NCBI GenBank assembly: GCA_964016885.1
Contig: OZ024743.1
Coordinates: 314,526,001-314,590,000 of the forward strand
DNA from: Eledone cirrhosa
Lineage: Eukaryota
Reading direction: 5' to 3'
Length of the DNA stretch: 64,000 nt
In this document: piece after piece, positions 42,173 through 57,800 of the stretch
Layout: every line of letters starts with the position of its first letter
Position numbering within the stretch: the first letter of the stretch is position 1
Made by a program: the position numbers and the translations under genes
Notes under the pieces: generated by a model
The model's input: only the letters and a program-made list of their open reading frames with translations
Told to the model about the DNA's origin: nothing
Databases searched by the model: none

Positions 42173-44801
42173 ATAATAATAAATTTGAAGACTAAAATCC
42201 AAAGAGGGCTCGATAAGGATAAATATATATCAAATATATAAGAACCGTAAACCCTACGAAGTCTGATTTAGGTAGACTTAGTAAAACGATTCTTGATAGA
42301 ATTATACCTGAAATTAGAAGTTTGGCCCCTCTTGCACTGTGGAACAATTCTTTCGCGGTGATTGATTGGTTCAACAGCATATGTAACAAGGAACATTGCC
42401 GTTTTATCCAATTTGACATCAACAATTACTACTCCTCCATCACTTTACCACTTCTCCTTAGAGCTATCAATTTCGCTAAAACACTCACAGTGGTTAAGGA
42501 TTTCGAAGTTGATGTCATCCTCAATGGCCGTAAGTCGGTGATTAATTTCGACGACTCTATTTGGATAAAAAAATCCAATAGTACCCTATTCGACGTGAAT
42601 ATGGGCGCCAGCGATTCTGCGGAGGTTACTGATCTTATCGGCATTTTCCTTCTTTTCTCTATCAAGGACGAATTCCCCAACGCGGGCGGTGGTTTGTACC
42701 GTGATGATGGTCTTTTGACCATGACTAAGTGCGTACCTCGTGCTTGCGACAGGTTCAGAAAAGAACTCACAGCCTTCTTTAAAGGCTTCAACCTCTCTAT
42801 ACAGGTTGAGGCCAATCTCTCGGTCGTTAATTACCTCGAAGTTAACCTCAATTTATAAAATGGGTTGTATTACCCGTATAGAAAGCCGAATGATACGCTT
42901 AATTACATAAGTAAGCATTCCAACCATCCTGCCAGCATAACCAAGAACCTGGTAAGAAACGTTTCGTTGAGGCTTTCCTGTCTATCTACTAACGAGCATA
43001 TTTTCAATGACCATTCCACTTATTACAATGAAGCTCTTGCTCGGAGTGGATTTGTTGATAAGGTAGCATATACAGAGTACGAAAATAGACCTAAAAGATA
43101 TAGATCACGTCGCATTTGTTGGTATAATCCACCATATAATATGGAGGTGGCCACACCATTAGCTAAGATCTTTATTTCCCTTATTACGAAGCATTTTCCC
43201 CCTACACATAAATATAGTAAAATGTTTAATAGAAATACTATTAAAATGTCATATCTACGACTCCTAACCCTGCACATAACATCACAGCTTCAAATTTAGC
43301 TAAACTACCTAGCCGTATGAACACGTGCAACCCTGTAGTTAGTACTAACTGTAATTGTAGGAATCGGGTTGATTGCTCCCTATCCGGGAAATGCCTCTTT
43401 AGTAACATTGTCTACAATTGTAAGGTTGAAACACCTACGTTCCGTAGGGCCTACATAGGGTTAACCGCCAATAGTTTCAAGCAGCGCCTTTACATGCATA
43501 CCCATTCTTTTCGTTACCCTCTAAGAAGGAATATGACGTCACTTTCAGCTTATATCTGGAGTCTAAAAGACAACCACACCCAATAAAAATTACACTGGGA
43601 GATCCTAGCTAGGGCTAGATCGTATAACGGAAATAAAAGACCATGTGACCTCTGCGCCGCTGAGGCCCTGGAAATACTCTATGCCACAGACTACATCTTA
43701 AACAAAAGATCTGAGGCAATTTCGGCTTGTAAACATAAATTGCACAACACTTTCCTGTATTACAGCCCCACGTTATACCCTAACGGATAGTACGATCTAT
43801 ACGTGGATATTTTACGTCTTGATATGGTAGCTAAGTATATGTTTTGTTTATACCATTACTTATTTGCATAGGTAAGTATATATTACCTGTATGTTTTGTG
43901 AAGGTACGTATACCTTTTTGTACGTATATTTGATTGTATATGTTATGGCGTATAATTTTTTATTTTCTGGTACATATGGTTTGGTAATGTGTATACGGGT
44001 CTTTTGCGTCTGTGTGAGTATGCAGGTTCGTACGTATGTAGGGTGTGTGTATATGTGTACTTCATGTTTTGGTTGACTTACGTCTCCGAACATTTGTTTA
44101 TTTACATGTAGGCATGTGTGTGCGCTTGTTATATACGTATTTATTTATTTATATACGTTTATTTAATTATTTATGTATTTGTATACACGCATACACACAC
44201 ACACACACACATATTTATATGTGCGTGGTTTTGTATACCTATGGTAAGTGTTTTCGCGTATGCTTGTGTATGTATATTTGTATGCGTGTATGTATTTATT
44301 TAATTTCTATAATCTCTGTATTGTATTTATTTACTTTATTCTTACCTCTGTAGCGGAGATTCATTCGATCTCCTAGTTAGAATTTTAGTCTACGACTTCT
44401 GCTATACCATTTACGTGGTTTTGTCTTTGCGTGCAATTGTTCTCCACGCTCCACATTTGACGTTTTATCTTCGTTTTTTTTCGTTCATTGCCAGAGAACG
44501 TCTCTATGAACCACCTAAGAGAACATTAGTCTACGACCTCTTTTATACCATAAACGTGGTTCTGTCTTTGCGCGTAATTGTTTTTCACCGCTCTTATTAA
44601 TGACGTATTATATTCGTTTTTTCCCGTTCTTTGCCAGGGAACGTTTCCACGAACCAAAGCATCGTCTTCCTGTCTTCCTCCGGTTGCAACGTTTTTTGAA
44701 ATATCCACTTCTGCGTTTACAGATTGACTTTGTTAGTTTCAGAAGATCCCGTTAAGGGTGAAAGCATCGATTCTTTGCTTAAACTTTAATCTGTTATTTT
44801 A

Positions 44802-44805
<4 letters not shown>
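42170..44805 (+). mobile_element. 5'-truncated Hydra-like PLE with full pLTR
   Basis: QFDINNYYSSI, FDVNMGASDSAEVTDLIG, GLYRDDGL, CNCRNRVDC linker, IVYNCKV...YIGLT, CDLCAAE; stops and frameshifts; pLTR matches 2540-3680. Confidence 0.9.
44719..44794 (+). ncRNA. Hammerhead ribozyme, variant core CAGAAGA
   Basis: Same fold as 3594-3669. Confidence 0.72.
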
Positions 44806-44838
<33 letters not shown>

Positions 44839-45398
44839 GATATATATATATACAAACATACCTACACATATGCAATATATATATACACACACATATGTAT
44901 ATGTATATATATATATACATATTTATATATACATATATATACATATGTAATGCACACGTACAAAGGAACTGACGTTTAGTTCTGATATGGCAACCATTTA
45001 TTATAAAACAGCCACTAAACAGTGGAACATTAGCACTAGCAGCTAATATTATCACTGCTTCTACATTCATTGCTAGCTCCATTGCTGCAGACGTTTTACT
45101 CCTATCTGCAACCTCAACTGCAACCTCGGTACATCTTCCCTTCAATACGTCTGCCACTATGTTCTTATACCATCAATAATCAACTTTACACTGGCAACAA
45201 TAATATAAACCAACTGACCAACTCGAGAATTATATTAGATTGAAATAATTTTAGACAAATATGTGTTAGTCCTTCTCGGTATATGCCTTTGTATATTTGC
45301 GTATAATATGGGTAGATGTGGGCATATTTGCATGTATATATGTGTATGTCTATATGTGTAACATTATATCAGCATTAATACACAGACACACACACGTA

Positions 45399-45466
<68 letters not shown>

Positions 45467-45899
45467 AATAGATAGGAACACACAGACACACACATGAATA
45501 CACACGGCAATCACACACACACACACACCCCACACACACATATATATATATTTATATATTCTTGGTGTATAGTGAGTGCTCTTGTCTGTCAGCTTGTATC
45601 TAGATGCTCTTGTATCCTACAGTAAGAAAAGATAAAGTAACCACAGATCTATATATAGCCAAAGAAATGTTCCATAGATGTCTATGCATTGTGATGGTTC
45701 TCACAATATTCCACTACTGGTTGGAAGATCTATTCTGCTAATATGAGAAGAACGTGCACACACATACACACACATACACACACGTACACACACACACACA
45801 CATTCTCTCTATCTCTCTCTGTGTATATTTATATACTGTATATATTCTATTATGTGTTCTTTCAGCTGACATGCTGAGGTAAAGCTGGAGCAACGGCAT

Positions 45900-45951
<52 letters not shown>

Positions 45952-45984
45952 ATGCCGTTGACACAATGATATAACACCACACAA

Positions 45985-46436
<452 letters not shown>

Positions 46437-46635
46437 CAGAGAGAGAGAGCGAGAGGGAGAGAGAGATAGAGAGAGCGAGAGAGGAAGAACGAGTGAGATA
46501 GATAGATAGGCAGAGGGATAGGAGGGATAGGTATCATTATATGTAGTAATAGGCATACATGCACACCTCATACACACACACATATATACACATATATATA
46601 AAGACGTACATGCATGTACACATATATATATGCAA

Positions 46636-46701
<66 letters not shown>

Positions 46702-48069
46702 CTAGAAAGAGGGAGATAAAGAGCGGGCGAAAGAAAGATGGTGTGAATAGAGGCCTTGAGAGCGAAAATGTGTTAAACGCAAACACACACAATAAAAGAG
46801 CCTTCATATTCAGTAAAATTCCTTCCTAATGTTTGTCCTGTTCAGTGTAGATGCTGGTAATATAGATTCAGTATTGTGCCTATAGCAACGACGAAGGGGT
46901 CAAAATAAGCTTCTGGTTGTATATGTTACGTATTTCATCATTTCATTCGTTTTTATTCTTACATGTATTTTAGGATTCTGTCTACTTCATCTCGATCAAT
47001 ACCAGTCGAATATTATTAAAATGAAGGCCATTCTTCTTTTTCTTCCTGTGGATAATTCTTTCTTTTATACAGTTTTCCGGTTCCATATACATGATACATT
47101 TATTCAAATCAAGGTTATCCGTAGATATCTATTTTCGATCTTGTTACTGTGTAAACCTGATTGAGAAATCCCTGTTCAAAACCGTTAGAGCCGTGACAAT
47201 TTCATTGTGATTTTTGTATTCTCTTTTCTTTTCTTTTTAGCCACCCTGATCTATGACTATATTCACTGATCTGATAACCCGATACATCAACTTGTATCTC
47301 CCATTTGAGTCGTTTTGGCGCCATTGATATATACGGCATGTCCTACAGGAAACAAAACCTGGCGGCGACCATCGCTGTTTCGGTTTGATGAGGTTTTCGA
47401 AAATAATATGAATATATCACATTTTTAAAAATGTTATTTAACTTGAATATGTGTTTTTATCACTTGATTACATAGGTGACGGTATAGATAGAAGTGCCAT
47501 TCCCAGTCATAACGATGACTATGCCTCAGCAAACATAACTTTATGGACTTTAGGGTTAACGTGATGGTGTTCAAAACGTGACTGTACAATAAAACAACTC
47601 GATATCTAAAATTATATATTGTATAAAATTGTTATAAAAGTTAATTCCAGATCTGTCATGCAGGTATCTGCATTATAATCGGAAGATAACTTAAGAGTAA
47701 AAACATTATAAATACCCTGTGTACACAATTGTAGATTGCTTATATTCATTTCCCATTGCTCCACTTCAAAATATGAGTACCAATGTTCAGTTTAGGTGAG
47801 AGATTTTGAATTTTAGTCACTTAATGCCAAATGAAAATAGCACCAGCTCAATCCTCCATTCATGTCATCTGATGAAAAACAACAAATCTGTATGATGCGG
47901 ACTGTCTAATTATCTACCTACCTATCAATTTATCTATCTATTTCCTTGCCTAACTACATACCAAACTACCTTTCTGCTAATCTATCTAGCTATCGTATGT
48001 ATATACCTGAATGTAGGTATTTATCTATAGGGATGCAGGTATGTATTTTGTGTATGTATGTATGTTCTT

Positions 48070-49962
48070 CTGGTTTTATAATTTCACAAATGCTTGCCAA
48101 TAGAAAGAGAGTCGGTTTCTAAAATAGACACAAGACTCTCTCATTGGAATTTACACAACATCAACTAGGTAGATATGTCTGCATGCATGCATGTGTAGAT
48201 GTGGATGTTATTGTATGTGTGGATGTGTATGTTTTGAGTTGAATGTGTGCATTTGTATATGCTTAGTATCTGTACATGTTATTAGATGCAACACTTTGGG
48301 AATGTTTTACATATTTTTACTGTTCCATTAATGGATTGTACTTGTAATTTCCTAACTAGTTGTGTTCTTTCTGCTGCTGTGAAACCTAGCTTCTCAATAT
48401 TTGTATTGAGGGAGTTACTAACATACCCCAGTGCCCCAATAATCACAGGCATAAATCTGAAGGTGTAATCAGGGTGGAGTATCTGCAGATTTCTCATCAG
48501 TTCTGCATAAATATTCTCCTTTTTGCTAATCTTTGATATTATATAGGCATCTGCTGGACAGCTAACTTCCACTACTGTGCATGCCTTCTTTTCCCTGTCC
48601 CATATCATATCTGGTCAGTTATGCCTGCATTTTATTGTGGATTTTACTGGAACATTCCACCAGTACTCTTTCATATTATCTATATGTTTGTCTTCCACAT
48701 TGCTGTAGCTTTTAATGTGTTTATTATCGGGGCTATCTTTTCTAGGGATTGCATTGTACAGTGTTTTGGCCACTATATCATGCCTCATAGGTAGATAGTA
48801 CCGCGATGACATCTTTGGACAGCTGCTTATGACATGGGTGACATCTTCGATGTTAATTCTGCAGAGTTTGCACTCGTTATCACATCTAGGTATTTTGTCT
48901 GCATCCCTATCTCTTTTGTGAATCAGGTATTTCGTGTTGATTTCCTGTTCTTGGATTGCAAAAGCATATCCTTCAAAGCGGGAGCCAATATAGCGGTTGT
49001 TGGTCCAAGATAGACTACTTTCTTTATCTATATTACTTTCACTCTGGAGCTCCCTGGCAACAAATCCATGCATGATTTTTTGCTGATAAGTCTGCAGTTT
49101 TTCACCCATAGATTCACTGCGATACTGCTGAGCGACTTCCCTGGTTGTGAGCTTTTGATTATCACACAGGGAAAACCTCTCTATCCATGCAGATTGACTT
49201 GCTCGAGAGACGGGCTCCTACGATTTGAAGTTCATAGATGTTGTCGGAGGGATATGATGCGACATTCAAATGCTGTCTGGCTAATGTTAGGCCTCTGCCT
49301 CCCTGTTTACGTTTCAAGTAAAGGCGATCTATGTCACTGTTGATGTGGAATTTTCCGGTGGTGTTTAGTATTTTACGAGTTCTAACATCAAACGCTCGGA
49401 TTTCGTCTATCGTCCAATTGAGTATTCCAAAAATTGGTGTTAGGACAGGCATAGGAAACACGTTGTGGGCCACTGTTTTGTTTTGCACAGAGAGTTCCGA
49501 TGACAATATCTTTTTTAATCGGGTGTAGTATTCCCTGGTTACACGTTCCTTATTACAGATACCATTATAGAATATGTTCTCATCTAACCCCAGGTATCTC
49601 TAGCAGTCCTCATCAGATATTGGGGAAACAGTTATGCCATTGATACAAATGTTGCTAGATTGGGTTGTTCTTTTTCCCCCATTTTACAGTCATATATGAG
49701 CATTTATCTTGGTCCAACTCCATTCCTATATCCTTTGAGAATGTTGTAACCAGGTCAAGATTTTTCTTCATCCCATCCATGTTCTTGGCATAGAGTTTCA
49801 GATCACCCACAAAGAAATAATGGGTTAGGTTCGTATTTCTGTCCTCCCTTGAGCCAATGATGTATCCTTCACATTTCTTTTGCAGAACGGACAAGGGGTT
49901 TAATGACAGGATGAATAATATCACAGAGGGACTGTCTCCATGAAATATACCCATGCGATATT
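48070..49962 (-). mobile_element. 5'-truncated R4/Dong-type LINE (RT C-terminus, zinc knuckle, RLE, 3' UTR)
   Basis: GIFHGDSPS, LTHYFFVGDLKLY, RLYLKRKQGGRGL, AIQEQ, CKLC...HVISSC, RHD, PVIIGALG. 3' UTR is also found at ~37150-37270. Confidence 0.9.
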
Positions 49963-50559
49963 TTTGTATGTATATATATATATGTATGTACGTATGTATG
50001 TATGCATGTATGTATATATGTATGTATGTATCTATATGCCTAACTATGTATGTCTCTGTATGTAGGTACATTTGAATCGTGATATATAAATCTCAATCTA
50101 TGTAAGCATCTGTAAAGATTTCCTCAAATGCTTTGCACATACGCAGTTAAAACTTCACTATGGTAAATCAGTTTTCATTAAGACCTTGAGCTATTTGATG
50201 TTTGCAATTTATATTCGCTTCAGCTACAGACAGAGAAAAACAAGAAGAATATTAAAAACTAACGATCACTGCAATATATGTTGGAAAAGTTAGTGAGTAG
50301 AAAAATAATTCATTTAAAGTAATTATGTAAATTCGTGCACAACAACTTTGAATGTACATGAGGTGCATTTGGGAGAGGTGCCTAACCTCCTGTAACCTGA
50401 GGTCACATGTGCAATTAAAGAGCACAAATTTAGCAATGCCTCCGGAGAGGATGATATTCAACGTGAGAAGCCTTAAATAGAGAAGGTGTACTGTGGCTAA
50501 TTTATATGTGCCGGTTGGCCTGGAACGGCATCTAACGAATGACAATCGCGAATGATAAT

Positions 50560-50800
50560 ACGAATTTTAAAAAAGGGAGACAAGAGAGATTGCTACAATT
50601 ATAGAGCTTGTTAACTTCCAGGTGAAGTATATGCTAATTATCTGGCAAGGGTATGTAGGGATATTGTCGTGTCCTAGCTAGTTGATGAATTATATGGATT
50701 CCGCCCCGGTCACAGCACAGCTGACCAAATTTTCACAATGCGGCAATTATTAAGCGAAAACGTGAGAATATTGCAAAGAGGTGTATGCGTGTTCTGTAAT
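50560..50800 (+). mobile_element. RTE-like RT fragment
   Basis: GFRPGHSTADQIFTMRQL. Confidence 0.7.
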
Positions 50801-50844
50801 CTCGCCTGGGGTGTTAAAGTGTCAAGGTAGTTAAATGTGCATGA

Positions 50845-51690
50845 ATCTTCAAGATGGTTGCAAACTGAATGTGCTCCATAGTCTATGATTGCCTGCGTTG
50901 GCAGTGTGAATCATCATCGTAGCATAATCCCATTTCTGAATTTTAACTCTACAGCAACTAACAGCTGTTCGGAGATGATTCAGGCACGACCAAAAGGGCC
51001 AGGAATCACTTGAGGCTGGGAATAGGGATTCTGTCAGACTGAAAGTGAGCCAACGTTCTATGTTGGTAAAGTGCCTGCACCACAGGGACAAGCGCTGACT
51101 AGAAGCTCTGTTGTTCAATGGTTCGACTGGGTGTAGAGAGCTGTGTCTTGACTTGCGCCTCTTTGTCATTGGTTCCCAGCCATGAATTGGATTATGCGGG
51201 TCATGTGCCTGCTTAAACTTCTCAAGTTGGGCGGTGATGTACTTTTTATGTGAGGGGGAAGCAATGCCACTAAGCATTCATTCACTTTAGGTGGCTTGAG
51301 AAACCCAGTTATTGATCTGCAAGGATCTTTTAGGCCTGGCTCGATTTTTTTTGAAATGGATGACACTGGTGCAGAATATCCTGTTGTGGATTAGCACAAG
51401 ACTTGGGCTGTGGTGTGGATTCTACTAGCATGAAACCCCACTTGATGTGAGGCAGCTTCTTTAGGAATATTGTTCCTTGATACGTTCTTGGTGTTAGTCT
51501 TTGCAATATGGCCCTTGTATGTAAGGGATATTTGCAGAGTTACCCTAAATTAGATAGGCTTGGAATATACTCTAATCGTTTTCAATACCAGTTTATTTTG
51601 ACCTGACGGTTAGCTTATTTGTTCCGTAGGTGGAACTTACTGGCTTGGGTCTTTTCAGGGTTGACTCAAGGTTGACTACTTAACTCGTCA
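50845..51690 (-). mobile_element. Vingi/Ingi-like LINE 3' fragment
   Basis: LTYKGHI, RNNI..KL...KWG, CRSITGFLKP, SGIASP, WSCLNHLRT...KWDY. Confidence 0.65.
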
Positions 51691-52092
51691 GAATGTGATC
51701 TTCAACACGTACTTGATAGTTCTGCTGCCGAGATCTGTGAAGACTGAGACACTCGTCATCTGAAGGAAGCTGGCTCACTATATGTGAGTAGACATCTACC
51801 GGGCTAAATGGAGAACTTCAACATCTCGGTGCCGTTTTCACGTGTTATGGAAGGCTGGAGGTTGGTGTAAAGGCCAAATTCACTATCTTCAATGTCGTAA
51901 GAATGTCTCAGGAAAGAATCGCTGGACAAATTTTAAGGGCAAAACCAACCGATAGGAAACCAAGGTAGACACCGAATAAAAGGATTGGATAACATCCATA
52001 AGAAGGTGTAGGATGAGTCCAGTATTTTGAATAAGAAAATGACATAAGAAAAAGAAATGCGTTTTGTCACATTATTACTGCACTTAACGTCT

Positions 52093-52170
<78 letters not shown>

Positions 52171-52195
52171 TATATATATATATATATATATATAA

Positions 52196-52286
<91 letters not shown>

Positions 52287-52384
52287 TATATATATATATA
52301 TATATATATATAAATATATATATATTTATATATATTGGAAAATGTGTGAAATCCTTGGTACAGTTAGGTATATTTGAAATAAAA

Positions 52385-53244
52385 GAGAAAAGAATGACTT
52401 CACTTGTAGTGTTAAATAATTTGATTTAATTTTATAATATTCTAATATTATGAGTCGGTAGATCAAGTAAGTTCGTTGTTAACTTCGGTGGGAAGAATTT
52501 TAAAGATTCCTGGTTAACTTTGTTGGAGAACTTTCTCGGATTCGTCCGTGGCGATTGTGAAACTGTGTTGAGATGTGTGACATATATATATAAGAGAGTT
52601 TTGGATGCGCCTGGGGTGTGGCATGTGGTGTTAATGTGTGTTGATGAAGATTTGGAGGAATTAAAGCATACACACACAAATACACTCACACACACACATA
52701 TATACACTCAGAAAATGGCGAGTTAGCAAGATAAGGGTGTTTGAGAAGAAAGTTGTAAACATCCCCTCCTGCTGGTTTTATTTCATTGGCTGACCTTTGA
52801 TGAGTATATATGTAATATATATGGACTGTAAATATATTTACATATAGGGAAGTGAATATGTGAGCTAGCATGTCCCCCCCCCCACACACACACACACCCA
52901 TACTTTCTCTCCCAAACCAATATCAGCAACACATTTTTGACAAATGTTCCAAAACTATCATTCTTTTCTCTTTTTACTGTCATCCCATTGTTATCTAAAG
53001 ACATGTATCTTACCCCTTATTAAAACCCAGACACCCACCGAAATTCATCTTTGATATACAAATTTGCAGAAGATATTCTTTATAAATTTAAGAGAGTTGA
53101 TTCAGCTATAAGAAACGAATTTGAAAATCAACCTGCCATTATATACTCATCAAATGTCAGCTAATGAAATAAAACCAGCAGGCGGGGATGTTTACAACCA
53201 CCTCTCAAACACCCTTATCTTGCAACCTCACCATTTTCTGAGTG

Positions 53245-53314
<70 letters not shown>

Positions 53315-53632
53315 TGTGTGCGTGTGTCTATGTGTGTGTGTATGCTTTAATACCTCCAAATCTTCATCAAAGCTCATTAACACCACACTCCACACCCAGA
53401 CACATCCAAATCTATATTATATATAGTCACACAACTCAACACAACCTGATCTCAGTTTGACAATCGCCATCGACGAATGCGAGAAAGTTCTCCAACAAAG
53501 TTAACCAGGAATCTTTAAAATTCTTCCCACCAAAGTTAACAAGGAACTTACTAGATCTACCAACTCATAATATTAGAATATTATAAAATTAAATCAAATT
53601 ATGTAACACTACCAGAGAAGTCATTATTTTCC
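52385..53632. mobile_element. Fold-back element with ~420-490-bp inverted repeats
   Basis: 52385-52810 is reverse-complementary to 53140-53632 with scattered mismatches; non-coding ~330-bp spacer. Confidence 0.8.
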
Positions 53633-54235
53633 CTATATATATATGCATATATATTTACATACATGAGTGTGTATGTATGTGTGTCTATCCGCGCGTGTAC
53701 CTGTGTGCGTGTGGGTGCGTGGATATATGCATGCATATAAAATTATGGATACTAGCTGACGTACCCAGCTTCTCCCGGGTAAACAAATGAAAAGAGAAGA
53801 CTGGTAAAAGAGAAAATGATTGTATTGAATGTTTGTCTGGTTATAGTATGAGGCGAGTCCGTGGTGTCTGTGTGATACCAAAAACAGTAAAAAAGATCTT
53901 CCAGATATACTAGATTTTTCGTGGTACGGTTTGTGCTTAGTATATGGACAATTCTAGGTGCTCCCACCTAGAATAGTGACCTCTAGGAGATGGTTCATCT
54001 TCTGCTTGACTGTAAAACGCGTATCATGTATAGACGTGGTTGTTCTACGTTTCTCAAAAGGATGATGGAAGTTCCAATCTTTTATATTATGTGTAGATAT
54101 AGATATATATAATTAATATAAAAGATGTTCATCAATGTAAAAAAGGTCCCTATTTACTTGAAATGGTTTATACAAATGCCAAATTAATATGGATATGGAT
54201 AACATGCTTATCTATAAGTTGTCAGCTATAATAAT

Positions 54236-54422
54236 TGTTTCTACGTTAGGCACAAGGCCAGCAATTACGCAGTGCATTACTGGTACTTTATTTTATTGAC
54301 CCCGTAAGGATGAAAGGCAAAGTTAACCTCGGCAGGATTTGAACTCAGAATGGCAGGGGCCGTAACTCTATACGTCAAAGCATGGCGCCCGACCCTCTAC
54401 CAATACTGCTAATCCACCGCCC
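54236..54422 (-). mobile_element. tRNA-derived SINE inserted in the Helitron
   Basis: A and B boxes; flanking direct repeat tcagctataataat (TSD). Confidence 0.88.
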
Positions 54423-54850
54423 TCAGCTATAATAATAAAACAACAAATTATATAGACTCAAAAATTGATTCAGTAATTTCCAGGCTCTTTGCCACTGAGT
54501 AATAGACAGTCAATATTGCCCAGAGTTCAATTCGGGGAGGTGGCTTGGTTTGAACTCCACATGGCGCATCCTTCTACTTCGAAAATTGAATCGTTTTTCA
54601 ATATTACCCTAGCCCTGGCCGACCATAGGATCCAACTTTTTTGCCAGACTCAGTTTTATTACCACCCAATCAGAAGCGATAAATTTGAAGGCAATTTCTA
54701 CCAATACTTGTTTGTTTTTATTGATCATAACGACATTAAATGACATTGAACATAACTGATAACTCTGTCAAAGCTCACAATACTGATCAACGGACACCGA
54801 TGTCCGAATGATTTACGTTGATTATTGATAGCATTAAAGATATGCATACA

Positions 54851-57800
54851 TCAGCTCAAGGCTTCATTATAGACAATATTCAGGGTTGTTCCTCTGTTAG
54901 TGGTATCAATTGCAAATGTTATACCATCAGGATCGCACACTCGAGATGCAGCAACATACAGTTGCCCATGGCTGAATGTTGGATCATTCAAGTAGACACC
55001 GACTCGCTTGAAAGTCTGTCCCTGTGCCTTGTTGACAGTCATGGAGAAGGCCAAATTGACGGGAAACCGTCTCCTTTGCCAAATGAATGGCAGCAGATCT
55101 TCACTTGGTCTCAGCATGATCCTCGGAATGAGAATCGATTCCTCTTGCCTGGGAGTTTAGCTTCTAAAACTCTACCGTTAATCCATCTCTTAACAATCAA
55201 TGTGGTACCATTGCAAAGACCCATTTTATGATTGATATTTCTAAGCAATATAATCGGCAACCCTTTTTCAACCTCAAAATATGTGGGGGGAAATCCGGGT
55301 ATTTGAAGTGAATTCAGATACTCAGTCGGAACATCCATATTGTTCTGCTGATTAGGCACCATTGCATCCGCACTGACGGTCAACCTTTCCGCTCCAGGAA
55401 ACATTCCAGCTACTTGTGAATTTATTTCATCGACCGTTGCATTCGTATGAGTTAGAATAACGCGTTCCGATATCCAGGAGATATTCTGCCAAAAAGCATT
55501 CAAATTAGGGAACACCCAGTAAATCAATGCTTGGCGGTCCAATGGCATGACCAAATGGTCTGCGATTCTTACAGTCTGATTATCACCAACGTGTGGCAAT
55601 TCATCGTTTCCCAACTGCATCAACCATCGGCCGTATGTCTCACCCTGTTCCTTTTGCCCGAACATACGAACTCGGATATTATCGTGTAATCGCAAAACTC
55701 TGAAATGGCGCCCAACGGGGACTTTTTCAGACATGCATCGACAATTTGCGCTCTTTGAGCATTCGTAACAATTGGTAGCACCTGCCTGAAATCGCCACCA
55801 AGAACGATAGTCTTACCACCGAATGGCAGGTCACTACCGCAGATATCTCTCAAAGTTCTGTCCAATGCCTCCAGCAAATATATGTGTTCCATTAGAGGCT
55901 CGTCCCAAATAATCAGAGACGTATTGAGTATAAGGACCGCGATTTCACTTTGTCTTGCATGTTACAGACACTCAACTCATCCGGAGCCAATGGAGCCTTG
56001 AAGCATGAGTAGAAGGTCCTTCCACCACTCAGCAAAGTGGCAGCGATCCCACTGGTGGCCACAGGGATAGCAATCTTCCTCTGAGCTCTGACTGCGGATA
56101 ACATAGTGTTGAAACAGAATGTCCTTCCGGTGCCTCCTGGAGCATCTATGAAAGCAAAAAGTTGCTCATTAGTGGAAATCGAATGGAGAACGCCATCGAC
56201 CAATTCTCTCTGAGATTGGGTCAACATTGGCATACGTTCATCCACAATACTTTGTTGTTCCAGTGGATCAAACTGGAATAGTTCCCTCCGATCGAGTGGT
56301 AACCGTCTAAGCTGCAATCTCATATTCAATGCTAAGACACGTTGCCACATTTCTTCATCAAGAATTGGCAAATTGAAATCTCTTAAACATTTCAACTGAA
56401 CTTCAAGCAGTTGCTCAATATTGAGCAAAACAGTAGCCTTCATCAAATGTTTATCATCAACCTGAAGATAATGCCTAAAATCATCAGCCATAATTCCCCA
56501 ATGGCGTTCAAATAACTCTCTTGGATCGGCAGGATTGCAGAATCCTAGAATCGTGACAAACAACGGCCTTATTTGAGCTGGCATCTGTCTTGTTCCTGCA
56601 GCTTCCATGGCGTTATTCCATTCATCGTCATACTGAAGGAGTCCCAGATGTTGACACACAGCCTGGTATGTTTCATATTCCACGCCATTGATTGTTTTCA
56701 AATCAGCGAAGCTCTGTTTACCTTTCTTAAAATCACTATGCAACAGAATTCGGAGGTAAAACACATCACCAGATGCTGGATGGACATTACAAACCCGTCC
56801 ACTAGTCATGAATCTCAACTTTTGATTTCTATCATTCCATTTCTTTCCCTTCTTATAACCACATATAGTGTGAAGGGAAATCGCAGTAGAGTTGCTTTTG
56901 ATCCGGGTTCAAAGCATGTTCCCTATTATGCTTGAACCACTCAGTCAATTCCATCTTAGGAGATGGTGCGTTAGTAAATCTTTCTACACCTCTTCTAGTG
57001 TCCTGAAAACAGACCATTTGCCTATCCTCTAAGTTAACCGTCAGTTTCTGAACGCTTGGTTTGCGTTCATTGAGATCAAAATCGAACAATCTCCAGCAAG
57101 CTTCGCTAGATCCAATCGAGTGAACATCCTGGAACCTGCCAACTTCATCTCCTTGGTTCGCTTCCTCATTCCTGGCATTGATCATTGCCCGATCATGACC
57201 TTTGTAAACATATTTGAATAGATATTTGCAAGCTTTCACTGAGCTACAAATTTCCACATTAATATGACAACGATATTTCATAATCAAATATGGATTGTAT
57301 GGCACAACCCATTGATTTGTAACCTGTCGACCGTTTATATTTCCGACCAAACCGCCATCGGCAGGCGACCGTATTCTGTATGAGGGATGAGAATCCCCAT
57401 CTTTCCAGGAAGTCTTCGTGTCAAAAGATTTCGGAAAGTGCTTATTGTATTGGCCATTTTTCATGCATAGCGCTTTCCGATTTGCCACTCCGCATTGGTT
57501 GTGCACCATTGACTTTGCCACCAAGTTGCGTAGTGCCTCATTCTCCGGCAGTTCAGCACACACAATGCTGTCAACATCCTCAGCACATCTCAATTTGAAA
57601 TCTCTATTTAAAACGATCAGCAAAGTGCATGTGGCAATCCTCTTTTTTGGAATTCAATTACGTATGTAAAAGCAACTATACCTCCAAAGATTCCCTCTTT
57701 TTCCACATCATCCATTATCTTTTTCAGATACCCTTTGAATACTCTTGCCACAATATCAGGACAGTCCTTTGGCTGTTGTCCTGGCAAAAGTGCATCCTTA

